From the NCBI GenBank assembly GCA_964247055.1, contig OZ176051.1, forward strand, positions 10,912,001-10,976,000: a DNA stretch of 64,000 nt, read 5' to 3'. Source of the DNA: Paragordius varius. Lineage: Eukaryota > Animalia > Nematomorpha. The notes below the pieces were generated by a model. That model ran no database searches. It saw only the letters and a list, made by a program, of their open reading frames with translations, and was not told the origin of the DNA. The first letter of the stretch is position 1, and the number at the start of each line of letters is the position of its first letter. Shown here one piece after another: positions 13,001-27,300 of this stretch. Position numbers and translations under genes: made by a program.

Positions 13001-16000
13001 GATTAAATTATATCTATAAATAATGTTTTACTAAATTAAATTATTTTTTAAATAGCTTTCATCGGATTTTACCACAATTTAACCTATTTATTGCAAATGA
13101 GTGACATGGAAAATATAATGAATAACAAACCTCAGTTAACAGACATTATTGAACCAGATGAAGATGATCAACTGTATTACACAAGGGCTTTTTTGAATTC
13201 TGATATTAGGGTAGTTATTTATTGTTATCGTAAACATAAAAATTGATAATTGTGCTAAACTAACCAAATTTTACATTTTTGTCTATAAAAATTTGAAGGA
13301 AAGATTAAAGATTAAAATGGATTATGAAAATGCCCTGTTTCAAAGCTTGAATGGCATACCTCCTGGTATTATTATTATTGTGGTTAATATTTATGTTTTC
13401 ATTTACCATCATTTTTTAATTGGTATGTAGAAGAGTTAAAATTGGTCACCTATTCCGACAAAAATGATCAGCAAAACATTGAAGGTGTTATGACATTGGT
13501 AAACACTGTCCATAAAACAAGGCCGACTATTATACATGGAAACGGTGATTCCAAAGTATTACACACTTATCTTTCAAAAAGCATATATAATAAATCATAT
13601 TTTATTGGTGCGACTCTCCTATCAGCCAATATATAAAAATTAACAATTTAATTATAATTAGGCTTAAACTATGATAGTGATAATTTCACATCTTTTTTAG
13701 ATACACCTGAATTACTTATCAAATTATATTCCAAGGGCATGGGCTGCCCCTGAAGGTTGTCTCTCTTGCCGGGAAAATTTGTTTGCACTCCGAAGCAAAC
13801 CGGTATGTACATTGAATAATTTTTATATTTTATTAAATTTTGTCATCTTTATTGATTATGGTAAAATTATTAAATAATATATAAATAAAAATGAACAATT
13901 TTGACTAAAGCAGGAGACTTGAAAACACCTAATTTACGAATTTAACAACGATTTCCACAAAACTAATATCAAATTCTTAAAAACATTTATTTAATCCGAT
14001 TAACCTTTTACATATGACCAAACATGAATTATAATTTCAATAACATAAAATTACTCATATATGTCAAGTTTTAAGCGACATCAATATATTAAATTGAAAA
14101 GGGATGGTGTAAATATTTTTTTTGTTTCGGGCTGTTTAATAGTTATATTTATATGTTGCATTTAGCTTGTTGAGTATCCCATAGTATTTTTGCATTTACA
14201 TGTTGAAAAACCTACACCGTTTTACCGCCAAGCTTTAGAAAAAATTTCGAAACTTGATTACCCTAAAAACCGTATTGTCCTTGATATATTTTCCAAGGTA
14301 ATAAATTTTTGGTTTTTTTATATATTACAAATGTTTTAAATGATATGAAAACAAAATTAATTGTAAATTTTGTTGATTTTTAATCTTAAGTGCAGATAGA
14401 TTAATTAGCTAAATATCTATTATACGATGTTAATTTAGGTGGAATATCACGATAAACACATTGAGGCCTTTTTAACCAAATATGGAAATCTGTATTTAGA
14501 TCGTGATTGGGCCCGCTTTCCTTCCAGCATAGATCCCGTTTCTCCGAATGCACCCCAAAAAACTCCTCATGAACGTGACATTATTTTGTAAACTTTGATA
14601 CATACATATTTATACGTTTATGATTAAATTTTCTGATTGAAAACTTATTTTACCTGTTAATTCAACTTAATGATGTTTGAACTGATAAATTTATTATTTG
14701 ATTTTGGCGGTTAGTGTTATAATACCATCTATACACTTTAAGTCATTTCTAAATGCAAAAGAATTTAATGAAATATCAATATTTTTTGAAATCATCACAA
14801 TAACCGTTTTTTTTAATATTTACTATATATTTATATAATTAATACGTTTGCCATATTATATTTGAAAGATCACGCTTCTGGTATAATCAACATAATCCTA
14901 GCTACTTTTTCAATATTGATTCCGACGTTCACATTGATAATCCCAAAACTTTAATACTTTTGATTGAACAAAATAGGTATTATATATATAATGTATGGGC
15001 TCAACTTAAATTATAAAACTTTTTTATTTTATACATTATATTATATATTCTATTGCTGTTAATATTTTATGGTTAAAGGAGCGTGATTGCACCTCTATTA
15101 GCACGGCCAGGAAAGATGTGGACAAACTTTTGGGGCGCGCTAAGCCCTACCGGATTTTATGCCCGTTCTGATAATTATGTTGATATTGTCACCTTTAAAC
15201 AACAGTATTATTTTGCATTTAATATATTACAGACTTTTATTATTAAAGTTGCCATAAATAGTTAGTTATACATATGTTATTTATTTATGATTTTTGTATT
15301 TTATTTGTTTTCTTATTAAATGGCTTATGAAAATTTCAATCGATATCATAGTTTTTTTTACAATTTTAGAGGCGTTTTCAATGTACCCTTTATCAATTCG
15401 GCCTACCTTATTCAACGTCAAAAAATTGCAACATGGCTCCTTAGTGATGGGAAACAATATAAGGTAAATTTAATCAGTTCTTTAAACAATAGATAATAGT
15501 TTTCGATATATTCTATATCAATGTAGAAATATTAAACTCACACTATTCGTATATTTATAGAACAGCAAATTTGAAACTTATAATGAACCACCTCTAATTG
15601 GTGACCCCGAACTTTTAGACCCTTTTCAAGAAAACCATGCATCTAATGATATATTGGCAATGGATGAGGATTCGAGAAAAATTAACAATCAATATACACC
15701 CGATTTTAATGTTTATACCTATAAAACATTTGATTCGGATATGGCATTTTGTCGGCACATGAGACAAAATGTAAATATATATACATTTTCGCTTTTATTG
15801 ATAAGTTATAATAGAGTTTTGATGGTAGTTACATTTATAATCTCAATATTTCATTATATAGGGTGATTTTATGTACCTTACTAATATGCACGTATACGGA
15901 CACCTAATTGATGCAGATTACTATGATACTAAGCACACAAACAATGATCTCTACCAAATATTTGATAATCCAAAAGTTATTTTCGATATTTGAATAACAT

Positions 16001-17614
16001 ATTTCCATATTTGTCATTTAACATACCTAATATAAAGTCAAAACTTTATTAATATCTTTCAATCGCCATAACGCTTTATTAAACGCATCTTAAATTTTAG
16101 GATTGGGAAGAAACATACATTCATCCGGATTGGAGAAAACAATTGGATCCTGAATTTCAAATAGCTGAAGTACTCAAATTATATATAAATAAAATATATT
16201 TATCAATTATGATAGGACAGATATAATATTAATATCTTTATAGCATTACATATAGGTTAATATTAACAAAGTTTTTATTATAACAAATTTTCTAGTTTTC
16301 TTTCTAATAAAGAAAATTGCTTCTCTAAAATAGCGGTGGATTATTTAATTATTTTACAGGAAGTTAAATTAATAAATTTTAAATACATAATTATTATGAA
16401 TAATAAATATTATTTAGCATGTTTCCATAATTATACATTTTTTGTAACATAGCCATGTCCAGATGTGTATTGGTTCCCCGTTCTTAATGATCTTTTTTGT
16501 GATGAGTTAATCGAAGAAATGGAAATTTTAAATGAATGGTCTGGTGGAAAACATGAGGTTTGTAATATTACCGAAATATTAAAATAGGTATGAAAAATTA
16601 GTACAGTACTTATATTTTTTTTTCTCGTGAAAAAATAAATAACTTAAGTGTGTTCCGTTTAATATCATATGACTTCTATGGAACATAATTAGAGGTATAT
16701 TAACACTTCAATTTTATATCAATAATATATAACTTATCATAATTATTTTAGGATAAACGCTTATCCGGTGGATATGAAAATGTGCCCACCGATGATGTTC
16801 ATTTAACACAAATTGGGTTGGAGAGACATTGGTTACATTTTCTCAAAATGTATATTAGTCCAATACAACTCAAATTATATCCTGGTTATGTGCATGATGT
16901 AATATATATTATATTTTATATTTCTTTTAATAATATTTTACTTTTAATTTGTTCTAAAACTACGGCCTCCTTATCATGTAATAACTATCTAGTTTGTATC
17001 CTAAAAAGAACAATTATTCTTCGTCAGCGAATCATAATTTAGAATTTATATTTATTAATCCATATATTTATAGCCACCAGAGGCTTTGCTAAATTTCGTA
17101 GTCCGTTATAAACCAACTGCTCAATCCTTTTTAAGGCCACACCATGATTCCTCCACTTACACCATCAATATTGCATTAAATCGCTACAAACATGATTATG
17201 AGGTACATTATCAAACAGAAATGGAATTGAAAATTAATTATTAATAAGGTTATGACCGGGTATCAATCCGTTTATGACCTTGGTGAATATTTAAAAAACT
17301 AAAACTTAAAAACATATGTTTATTACGTGATTAACTCTAATATTAATTTTATAAAAAATTAAAAAATGTTAACTGTTTAGTCACTCAACATATATTTTGC
17401 ATATACCATATCAATATAATTTTTTTTGTAATATATAAACAAAATATTACTAATTTAGGGAGGTGGTGTCCGATTTATTCGTTATAATTGCAGTGTTGTT
17501 GATACGAGAAAGGGATGGTCTTTCATTCATCCCGGAAGACTTACACATTATCACGAAGGTTTGCTTATAACCAAGGGGACTCGTTATTTGATGGTTTCTT
17601 TTGTGGACCCCTAA
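7066..17614 (+). CDS. PLOD: Procollagen-lysine,2-oxoglutarate 5-dioxygenase (multifunctional lysyl hydroxylase/glycosyltransferase), 21 exons, about 949 aa
   Basis: Phase-consistent GT-AG exons: 7066-7135, 7523-7662, 11863-12350, 12684-12798, 12948-12996, 13056-13210, 13299-13365, 13431-13555, 13701-13802, 14166-14297, 14439-14587, 14869-14976, 15079-15204, 15370-15463, 15561-15770, 15862-15975, 16101-16169, 16453-16557, 16752-16898, 17074-17202, 17459-17614 (total 2850 nt, TAA stop). Signal peptide [23 protein letters not shown]. Motifs [88 protein letters not shown] and [12 protein letters not shown]. Confidence 0.97.
7977..8001. repeat. (TAT)n microsatellite in PLOD intron 2
   Basis: Direct reading; it accounts for the poly-Tyr run in spurious ORF 7797-8042. 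Confidence 0.9.
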
Positions 17615-20600
17615 ATAGGATAGTTTAACTTCAAAAAGTTACATTATTTGAAATGTTTGCATGTTAATATTTATGCAATTGGGTAAAATATCCATATTTC
17701 AATACTGATATTATAATATTTCATTCAATACATCTTTTGCACACATTTATAAAGTATATATCGGTTATTTAACCTTCTTACAAACAATGTATTTCCAGAT
17801 TGTTGTTATATATCCAATTAATCATGCATATTTTTACAACTTTTTGAATGATAGACAAATTATGCATTAATTTAGATTGCATTTTTTTCATGATTTTTAC
17901 CATGATTACAAACTTTAAACTATGGGTATTTTTATTTAGACTAAGATATCAGTCATCATATACAACACAATCAATGGCATTACAATACAATTTTTAAAAT
18001 TATATCCTTTCGATTTTGTCAATTGCATTTAGAAAATATAATATTTTTAATTACATTAAATAAATAATTTATTTAGAGTTTTCATTTAAGTTAAGATTGT
18101 AAAATTACTATATCTCTTAAAACTATATAATTTTATGGAAACAATACATCCTAAAATTTTTAATTTATTTGGTACAATAACATCTCTTAAGCAGGAAAAA
18201 CGACCTAAATAATCCAATGATTTATATCAGTTTTACCTTTAAAATTTTAAAATAATATAGTCTTCCGTAAAAGTTTTTTAACAAGATTTCAAAGGACCAG
18301 AAAGATTTTATTAATTTAGACATTCCATTTATTATTTTTTTACAATAACTTTATAGAAGATAATGCCTTTTTTAATCTCATTAACAGTGCAGATTTTGGA
18401 TTTTATACCGGATTTTATGATTTGAATTTAATAATAGTTTTTAAATTTAGCATTAAAATGCTTACGGGTTATATTTGCACTCAAAAATATTAGATTAATG
18501 ACTTAATTTTGGAAATATAAAAAAGAGAAAGCTTAAATTAGAATACCAAATCATGCATCATAAATTTTGGATAACTGTATGAGCTAGGGATAAGTAAGAT
18601 TAATTAGTCAGACTAATATTTAAAGGGTAGATTTCGACCTTAAAACATCAACTTAACTTCATAATCAGTAATATTAATTCAACTAACATTGCCAAAAATT
18701 ATTATCAAATTTACAACTGTAGATAAAGTTGAAAATAAAACCATAGGTTGGATAAAACACCCTTATTTATCAAGATATAACAAATTTGCATTTCTTTTCG
18801 GGTAAAACGAAAATTGTTCTCGGTGATAAGGGTTATTTTTGCATAGCAATCCCACGTTTGATAAACGGTAAGGTTTGATAACTCTTGCAATATATTTTTT
18901 AATAATTAAAATTTTTCAAAGCTTAACACATTTTTTCACCAACGTGAAATTTATATATTGCTTATTTACAATGTAAATTTGTTACACCAAATATGTTAGA
19001 CCTTTATTTGCAACTCTGCAAAATAAGGTTATGATTAAATTATATATTCTAATTATTATGATAGTATTTTACCACATCATGTATCCTTATCAATTCGCCA
19101 AAATAATGTTAATCTGGTTTAGTAGATTATACGCCATATTAGGTACGTATTACATTAAAATATAATGCTTCAAAAAGTGGAAAAATTTAACATCAAAACC
19201 AAATATTTTACGATGGAATTAACATGATTTTTATTATCGGTTTTATATGTTTTTAAAATATTGGAACAGGTAACATAAATTAATTAAACATTACTCCATG
19301 CTCCAAATTTACTCATGTTAATTTATATACCATTTGTGCCGGTGGGGTTTACTTAAATCGACTATTTTTTATTTTATCAAACATCTTACTAGTTTTCGGT
19401 ATTAATATCTTTTCATGTTAATTTTATTTGCCCAAACATTTTTCTAGAGGGATAGGGTATTCTAATCAAAAAAAATAAGATTTAGCGGGAAGTGCTGCAT
19501 TAGTGGGTTTGGTTTAGAACAGACGTTTCCAACATAAATGGACCGGACCACATTTTTGACTCAAACTAAACGGGCGAGATGCATAAATATATATGGACAT
19601 ATATAAATAATTTATTAAATTTTAAACATAAAATTCAAACATAATATGGTAATTTGCTCTAGTTTTTGCTTCTTGGATAGACTAAATTAGAAATTGTTAA
19701 GCGATATTAATTATATCTGAGCATATTTTTACAAATTATAAACTTTCGAGTTTTTCGCGCTCCGCACATAAAGTATCCGATAGGGCCGTACTTGTATATC
19801 TCTGGTAAGTATACATTCTTTTAAAAGCTCTTTAACCAAAATTTAGTATTCGGTTTGCCCTTTTATTGGAGGATATTTTTGTCATATTCAGGACTTCGTC
19901 GGGGAAGCAGACCTAGAAATCGTTATTTGTTATATAGAGTTTATTACCGAATTTGTCTATTAGTATGCGGATTAATGTGCTATTAGGGATTGTGAACTGG
20001 TGAGGAATCCAAGATTGTTTATTTTGATTATAACTTTAGCTTTCCTAGGGCTGCGAAACAGAAGATCACCGTTTTTTACGAATAGCAAAATTAAATTCAT
20101 TAATGTTTATGTTCATTTTTCTTAAAAGAAACGCGCACAAATAACTTAATTGGTATTGAAAAATTATTTTAATTAACAGTAAATGCATTTGAGTATGGCA
20201 GCTAATTAACATCCGTTATTACGAAATTAAAAACCATTAAATACAATAAAGTATAATTTTATTCATTTATAAATGAACCAAACGCGGCCGATCTACTTTT
20301 TAACCTTTCTTTTGAGTTTGGCTTTCAACACGTACAAAAAAGTTTTTGAAAACACGGAACGGCCATTTTTGTGGCGCCGATCATATATTCTATGTGTATT
20401 GATTTACAAAATCCCACAAACTAGTAAGTTTATGGGAAAAGGCATTTAATTAAATGATTATTTCCTAATTTTAAAATCGAAAAAGTACGTGATCATCAGT
20501 AGGCGTTTTTATATTTAAATTCATTTACATAGCAAACATATAGAGACTAATATTTATTACTAATAAATGCACTTACGTTTATACGCTTTTTTCCATATTT

Positions 20601-21321
20601 TAATTTTATCAAACTTTGTGAGAACACATAATATATTCATGAAGAGTGTTGTTAAAGATAATCGTTATGAATTTATCTCACAGATAAAAAAACTCCTGTA
20701 TATTTGTTAAAATCTTGTCCATATTATGTTAGTCGATGGATGTATATAAAAATCATTACAAATTTGATTTATTTCCGTTTGTTATCTGTATAATCGTATG
20801 TATAAAACTAATTTTATTAATCTAAATCCAAGCAAAACATATATGAAAGGCATCTTAAAACACATATTGGTCCAAAAAAATACAGTTTTGATTTTTTTTC
20901 CTTTTTTTCAAGGGTTAAAATATTATTAAGGACCCAGTTTTAACACTTACTTGATGGGAAAAGGCGCAGTTTCTGGCTCTTGCGATTTAATTCACAGTGT
21001 AAGAGTCTGCCTTGCCAACTATACCTTCACGCCTGTTTCTAAAATCATCTAATTCTTCCGGATTTACTTATTATAATTGATCAACTCACGTTATTGTTGG
21101 GCAATTGGTAAGATATTAGCGTATGATGGGTAAAAAATAAAAAATGGTTGAAATACAGTTTTTTTAATCTTTCAATCAATATTGAATTTTATTTAATCAT
21201 GGACAATAAATTGTTTTATATCATATACTACTGTATTACCAATTAACATTTTTCTGAATTGACCAACATCAATGTATATATTGTGCTGTTATATTTGTAC
21301 AAATTAACAAAAATGGATAAG

Positions 21322-24300
21322 GGTGTTCTTCCCACAAAGTTTTAATAAACCATTTACTTACGAACTTAACAATTTTACAATTAACGGTTTAAATTTTTAA
21401 AGCGATTTAAAATACGATTTTTTAGTGTGACGTTTCTAATGATGTATACTTTATTTACTTCACAAAAAAAAGGAAGAGAAATTAAAAAATTTCATTTTGC
21501 AAACCAATATTAATATATACTAATGCTTAAGTAATATATTTTGTTTTCATTTTATATTCAGGTATGATACGAGAAGAGTATGTTGAAACATATGGACAGA
21601 TTGATTATCATTACCCCAATGAAACTGAGATAACCACCAGTATATATTATAATTTGTAACGAGACATATTAAATAATAAGACCAGATATTTTGAACTTGG
21701 ACGCAGTACAAAATTAAAACATACTTTGCCTGTTTTTAGACCATCGTGTGGTATATTATACAGTTTCCGCAAAATATACTGATGTAATATAAATATTCTG
21801 ATAGGAAAATATCAGAATTATCATGGTACTTTTGGTTTTAACCTTTACGAATTAAAGAAAGTTATTTACACTTTTGTGGTACTCCCATAAAATTGCATAA
21901 GGTGCGCATATTTTAGAAATATATTTTTTGGTGAAAGCTAAATGCTTTATTTTAAAAAATATCACTAAAATATAACATAAATAATAAAAAATTTTAAATT
22001 TTTAGATGTGGGCTCCGAAAGTCCCAAATTTTTGGCTCTTTTAAAATGGAATGTTCTCTCAAAATAAACGCAAAAATTCCGACATTGTGCAATAATTTTA
22101 ATATACTAAATTTTCATATCAACTAAATATATTTTTTAAAAAATACACACTTTGAAAAATTTAATTGTTAGCAAAATTTTGTTGAAGCATACTTCATATT
22201 ATTTTGAGCATAATGGAAACTATATAAACGGTTGAGATGTTATACTATTTATAATTCTAATTCTCAATCAAAATTTTGATTAAAGTATTCGTTCGTTTTC
22301 AAATTTTAGTTAAATAAAAATTGTGTTTTTTTAAAAAATTCACCATAATTTGCAAGCTAACAAATCTTAAAATTAAAATTCTAAACCTATAGTAATGTTT
22401 AATAAAAACGAATTATTAAAAAAAATGAATTTCATGCTTCAAAATCGTTAGAAGTACGCTTCAACAAAATATCTCAAATTTGTTTATGCAAAAAAACAAG
22501 AAAACTTATAAAAATGAAAGTTTAAGAAAAAAATTAAGTATTCTCACACCTCCCACTTAATGAGCATAGAAAACGTAAAAACTCTTAATTTTTTAATAAT
22601 AAAAGGTTATTTCGACATCATATGCCATATATAATAAATTTTATATAATATGTTACGCGAATAGTATTCTATAGAATTTTCCGTTTGATAATTATAACAA
22701 AAAATGAACTTTCTAAACTTAACATTTTTTAAAATATAATAAATTAATTTTGCTAATTTTTAAATTTTGAGGCACTTCTTTTTGCGGACTGAGTGAAAGA
22801 GCCAATAGCCTGAATCTTATGATGTGGAGTCCAAGATTTATAGTTTCGTCACTGCGCGAAAGGCTGCAATCCTAAGTTTGTATAATTAAGAAGAAAATAA
22901 AATATTAACCCCAATAGGTAAGGTGATCAGACGTCCCGCTTTTTCACACTTTGTCCCGCGTCCCGTTACGGTTTTGAAATGTCCCGCTTTTTCACGATCA
23001 TAAAAAAAATTGTTTTTTGAAATACATTTTTATATAAAAATTTATTTTTTTATCCGTTTTAACTTTTTATAATTAATTATCTTTTATATCTATATCAATT
23101 TTAAATTAAAATTTTTTAAAATTAAAAATATTTATTTTTTTCGAATTTAAATCATATGATTATACACTTTGTTCCTACTCCTACTGCAACATTATCAAAA
23201 AGACAAATTAATACCACAAATCGGTAGCTTATTTACTCCAGAAAATTAAGGTAATATAACATTTTTATACTAATATTAGCAATATGAGTATAAAAAGAGG
23301 TTGTAAATTCAACGATGAATTAATAAAAGAATTTCCTTTTATCAAACGAAGAATAAATCATTTTTAAATGTTCTTTGTGCTGGGGGAATTCACCCTAGCA
23401 CATGGCGGCAAGCATGATATTACAAAGCATATGGAAGCACAGTAACATAAAAAATGTTTAGATATGGCGGAATCCTCTTACAAAAGGAAGGATTTTTATC
23501 GAAAAACCGCTTTTGGAGAGGAAGAATAGAATTCGGCACTACCCGAAGGCGTTTTATCTTTCCACGCCGTTAATCACAATCTATCCTTTAGATCTATGGA
23601 TTTTACCTCACAGGTTATTCGTACCTTATTTAATAAAAAATTACGTGTGCCCGTACAAAATCTAAAGCCATTGTATGCAATGTCCTTTCGCCACATGCAT
23701 TTGCTCAAATACAAAAAGATTTGCTGAAAATCAATTTCATATCGCTATACTCTGATGCATCAAATCAAAAGGAAACAAAATTATTTCCCACTTTAATAAG
23801 ATATTTTGATCCAACCGGAGTAAAAATTAAAATTTTCGATTTTATTTCTCTACCCGGTAAAAATTCAGACATAATTTTTACTTCAATAATAAACATTCTA
23901 GAAAAAAATAATTTAAAAGACAAAAACATCGCATATTGCGCTGACAACACCAAAACGAACTTCGGTGGAAAAGTAAGGAGGGAAACGAAATTTTTTTTCC
24001 CTAAATTAGCAGATAATCTTAATCAATACATTATTGGCGTTGGGTGTGCAGCGTATATAATACACAACACTATTCAAACAGCGGATTTGTTACGCCTAGA
24101 TGAGAAAAATGTAGTTTTTAAAATTATATATACACGGTACGCTTTGAAACGCTTAAGGAATTGCAGAAGTTCAATATCAAAAAAAGCTTGGATTAAAACT
24201 CGTTGGTTAGCTCTGCCAGCTATCTAAAGAATTTAAAAATGTATGATCCTTTAAATCCTATTTTTTATCACAGGGCAAATGCCTTACAACTGAAAAATTT

Positions 24301-27300
24301 TTTGAAAGTCATTCTTTAAAAATATGGTTAGAGTTCCTACATAATTTAACTTCTCTCTTTCAAAATGTTATAAAACTGATAGAAGGTGACAAAATTTCGG
24401 CAATCGAAGTAGCCAATGAACTTAGTAACCTAAAATTCCAATGTCAAGAAAGGTTAGAAAATAATTTTATAAGATTATTTAGAAGCGATTCAATGAAATT
24501 GCTCATTTTCATTGGATAACATTTAAACCAGAATTTAATTGGTGCGATGTTTAAAAATCATTTGATTACATCTGCATCTCCCAAAAATTCCCAAAACGTA
24601 ATCTTTCAGAAAATGATTTTTTTTTAGGTATCATTAGTTAAAAAATATTAATAATGAAAAACTTAAATTATGGACAACAGAAAAAAAATACAGTAGAAAA
24701 GAAATGGTTTGAAATATTTCATCATTTTGAAACAAACTATGTTCCACACAATAATATTTTAAAAATTGGCACTATTTTTACCTGGAACCAACACTGCTAC
24801 TGAGCGCGTTTTTTCCACAGTAAATCAGGTGTGGACATCGGTCAAATTTAAATGTTGAAACTTTAAAGGCCATTTTATCTGTCAAATATAATTTGCCAAA
24901 TTCTTGTGAAGACTTCTACAATATTTTAAAAAATGATGACAATCTGCTAAACGCAAATCAAATAAAAAATATACCAAAAAATGAATAATATTTTACATTT
25001 ATAATGTATTTGTTTTAAAAATAAATCAATATTACAATAAATTTTTGTTTAATTTTTGGTTGTACACCCTCCCCCATGCCCTTCCCCCTTTTCTTTGTCC
25101 CGCTTTTTCGGTCAAAATATCTGGTCACCTTACTAATAGGCAATCTTTGTTTTTTACCGCAAAAAAACCATTTCTTCACAAATTATGGGGTTGTTTTTAC
25201 TGAGACTATATTAAATTTTAAAATCATTTTTTTGAATAAATGAAAGGTAATTAATATATATTTATTAAATTAAATTTTTCCTAATTTCAAAAACCAGTAC
25301 AAAAGGGAGCGCAGCACTGGCGCAGTTTTTTTCTGAAAACCCACAACTGCACTGCGAAAAACAGCCTATCTAATCACGTTAATATTAAATTTTGATAATG
25401 ATTTCAATAATTTTAGATAGAATCAATAGAAAGCTAAAATAATGAAAAGGTATATTAGATATAGACCATGTATTATAGCTTTGCCTAGTGGTATTTAAGG
25501 AATAACAGCCTAATGAAATATAAACCTAAAAAATTAGTTAATTATTAATATGAGATTAGATAAAATCTTAGGATGTATTATTTTGATAAGTTTAGAAGTT
25601 AAAATAATCCAAAAAAATGAATCATAGTTTCAGATAATAAACTTTGACGTTTGTGTTTTTAAATTCAGATACTAAAATCACTCGGAACAATCGGATGTAG
25701 TTGAAATTGAAACGAAAGGATCAATTATTTTATTTAACCAAAATTTATTTAACAGTTTTTAGTTTAAAATAACCTAAACTTTGGCATTCAATAAATGGAG
25801 GATATCTTTCCTTACATTCATTCGCAAATATTTTTAGACTATATTACACTGTGTGCAAAAAAATGTTTAAAAAAAATTTTTTTATCATGAGATAGCATGA
25901 CCAGCGTATTCATTTGCCGCTAAAATATTTATTTGTTGACTAGTGTTTGAAATATTTAGAGAAAATCAATCGGGAAAAAAGTGAAAAACAAGGATAATTC
26001 AAAAAATAATGATAAAATTTGAGATATTATAGTTTATTATCATTTTAGGATATATTTACAATATTTAAAAATCTTAAAGTTAGGTTTCTATTTCAGCTCA
26101 AAAGATGGCGTTTTCCTTTTCACACACACAAAAGACAAAACATTTATAATGAAACTATGTTAAAATATTTTTTTTAATTATTCACTACCTAAACTCACTA
26201 TTAAAATCTTAACATTCATATTTTATCAGTAAAAAAAAATTATAATTTATTTTCATCTTTTTATCATCTGGTTTATAAGTGTATAAAAAATTTATACTGT
26301 TTTGCTTTGGAATCTTATATGAGTTGGAATTATAAAGTATAATTTATACAAAATCGGATTTAAAGGTAGTGGAATATTAACCAACAATCCGTACAAATTT
26401 TAATAAAAATATTTTGTTTTAAAACAGATTTGTTACAGGGATTTGTAAGGATTGTTGTAGATATTCCACTATTTTTAAATCCTATTTTGCATAAATTATA
26501 TACTTAATAATACCCACTCATGTAAGATTTGGAAATAAAACAGTAAAATTTTTTTATAATAAACCAGACGACAAAAAAATGCAAAAATAAGAAACAATAT
26601 TTTTTCGTTTTATTTTAATATATAAGTTTTTTTTACCAAATATATGAATGTTAAGATTTTAACACTTGGATACAACACACTCATTTTAGTCCTTCGATTC
26701 AAATTGGGTAGTTGGATACCCCAGGCCTGTTTAAATCATATACTTTAAAAAGTATAGAAGGAATCGAAACCATGGCAAAACTTTGCACATATATAACATT
26801 AATAAACGTAAATATATAAAAAATTTTATTCAAAATTATTTGATACTACATATTTTAAGCTAAAACCGAAAAGATTTCGCCAACGTGACATGTCTCAAGT
26901 TGTAAAATTAAAAAATAATACAAAATAAACCGCTTTTTCTATTTCTATCAATGTTAGATGTAATTTATATTATAAATTAGTTTTACCCTTAAAATTAAAT
27001 GAAGACGATATTTTGCAAAAATTTTGTAAAACAAAAATGGCGTCGAAGTAGTTTGAGATGGAACTTTTTTTTCAAAACAAAATTTTATCAAGATATTTTG
27101 GCATATTTATATAATTTTTATCAGAATAGAAGCATAAATAATTGGAACCGTTTTCAGGAGTTTTTTAAAAATCCTAACTTAAATTTAATCTGGGGTATTT
27201 AGATACCCCAATTTGATTAAAAGTGTTAATATTGAGTTTAGGTAGTAAATATTATAAAAAAATATTTTAATATAATTTAGTGACTACCTATTTTAATGTA

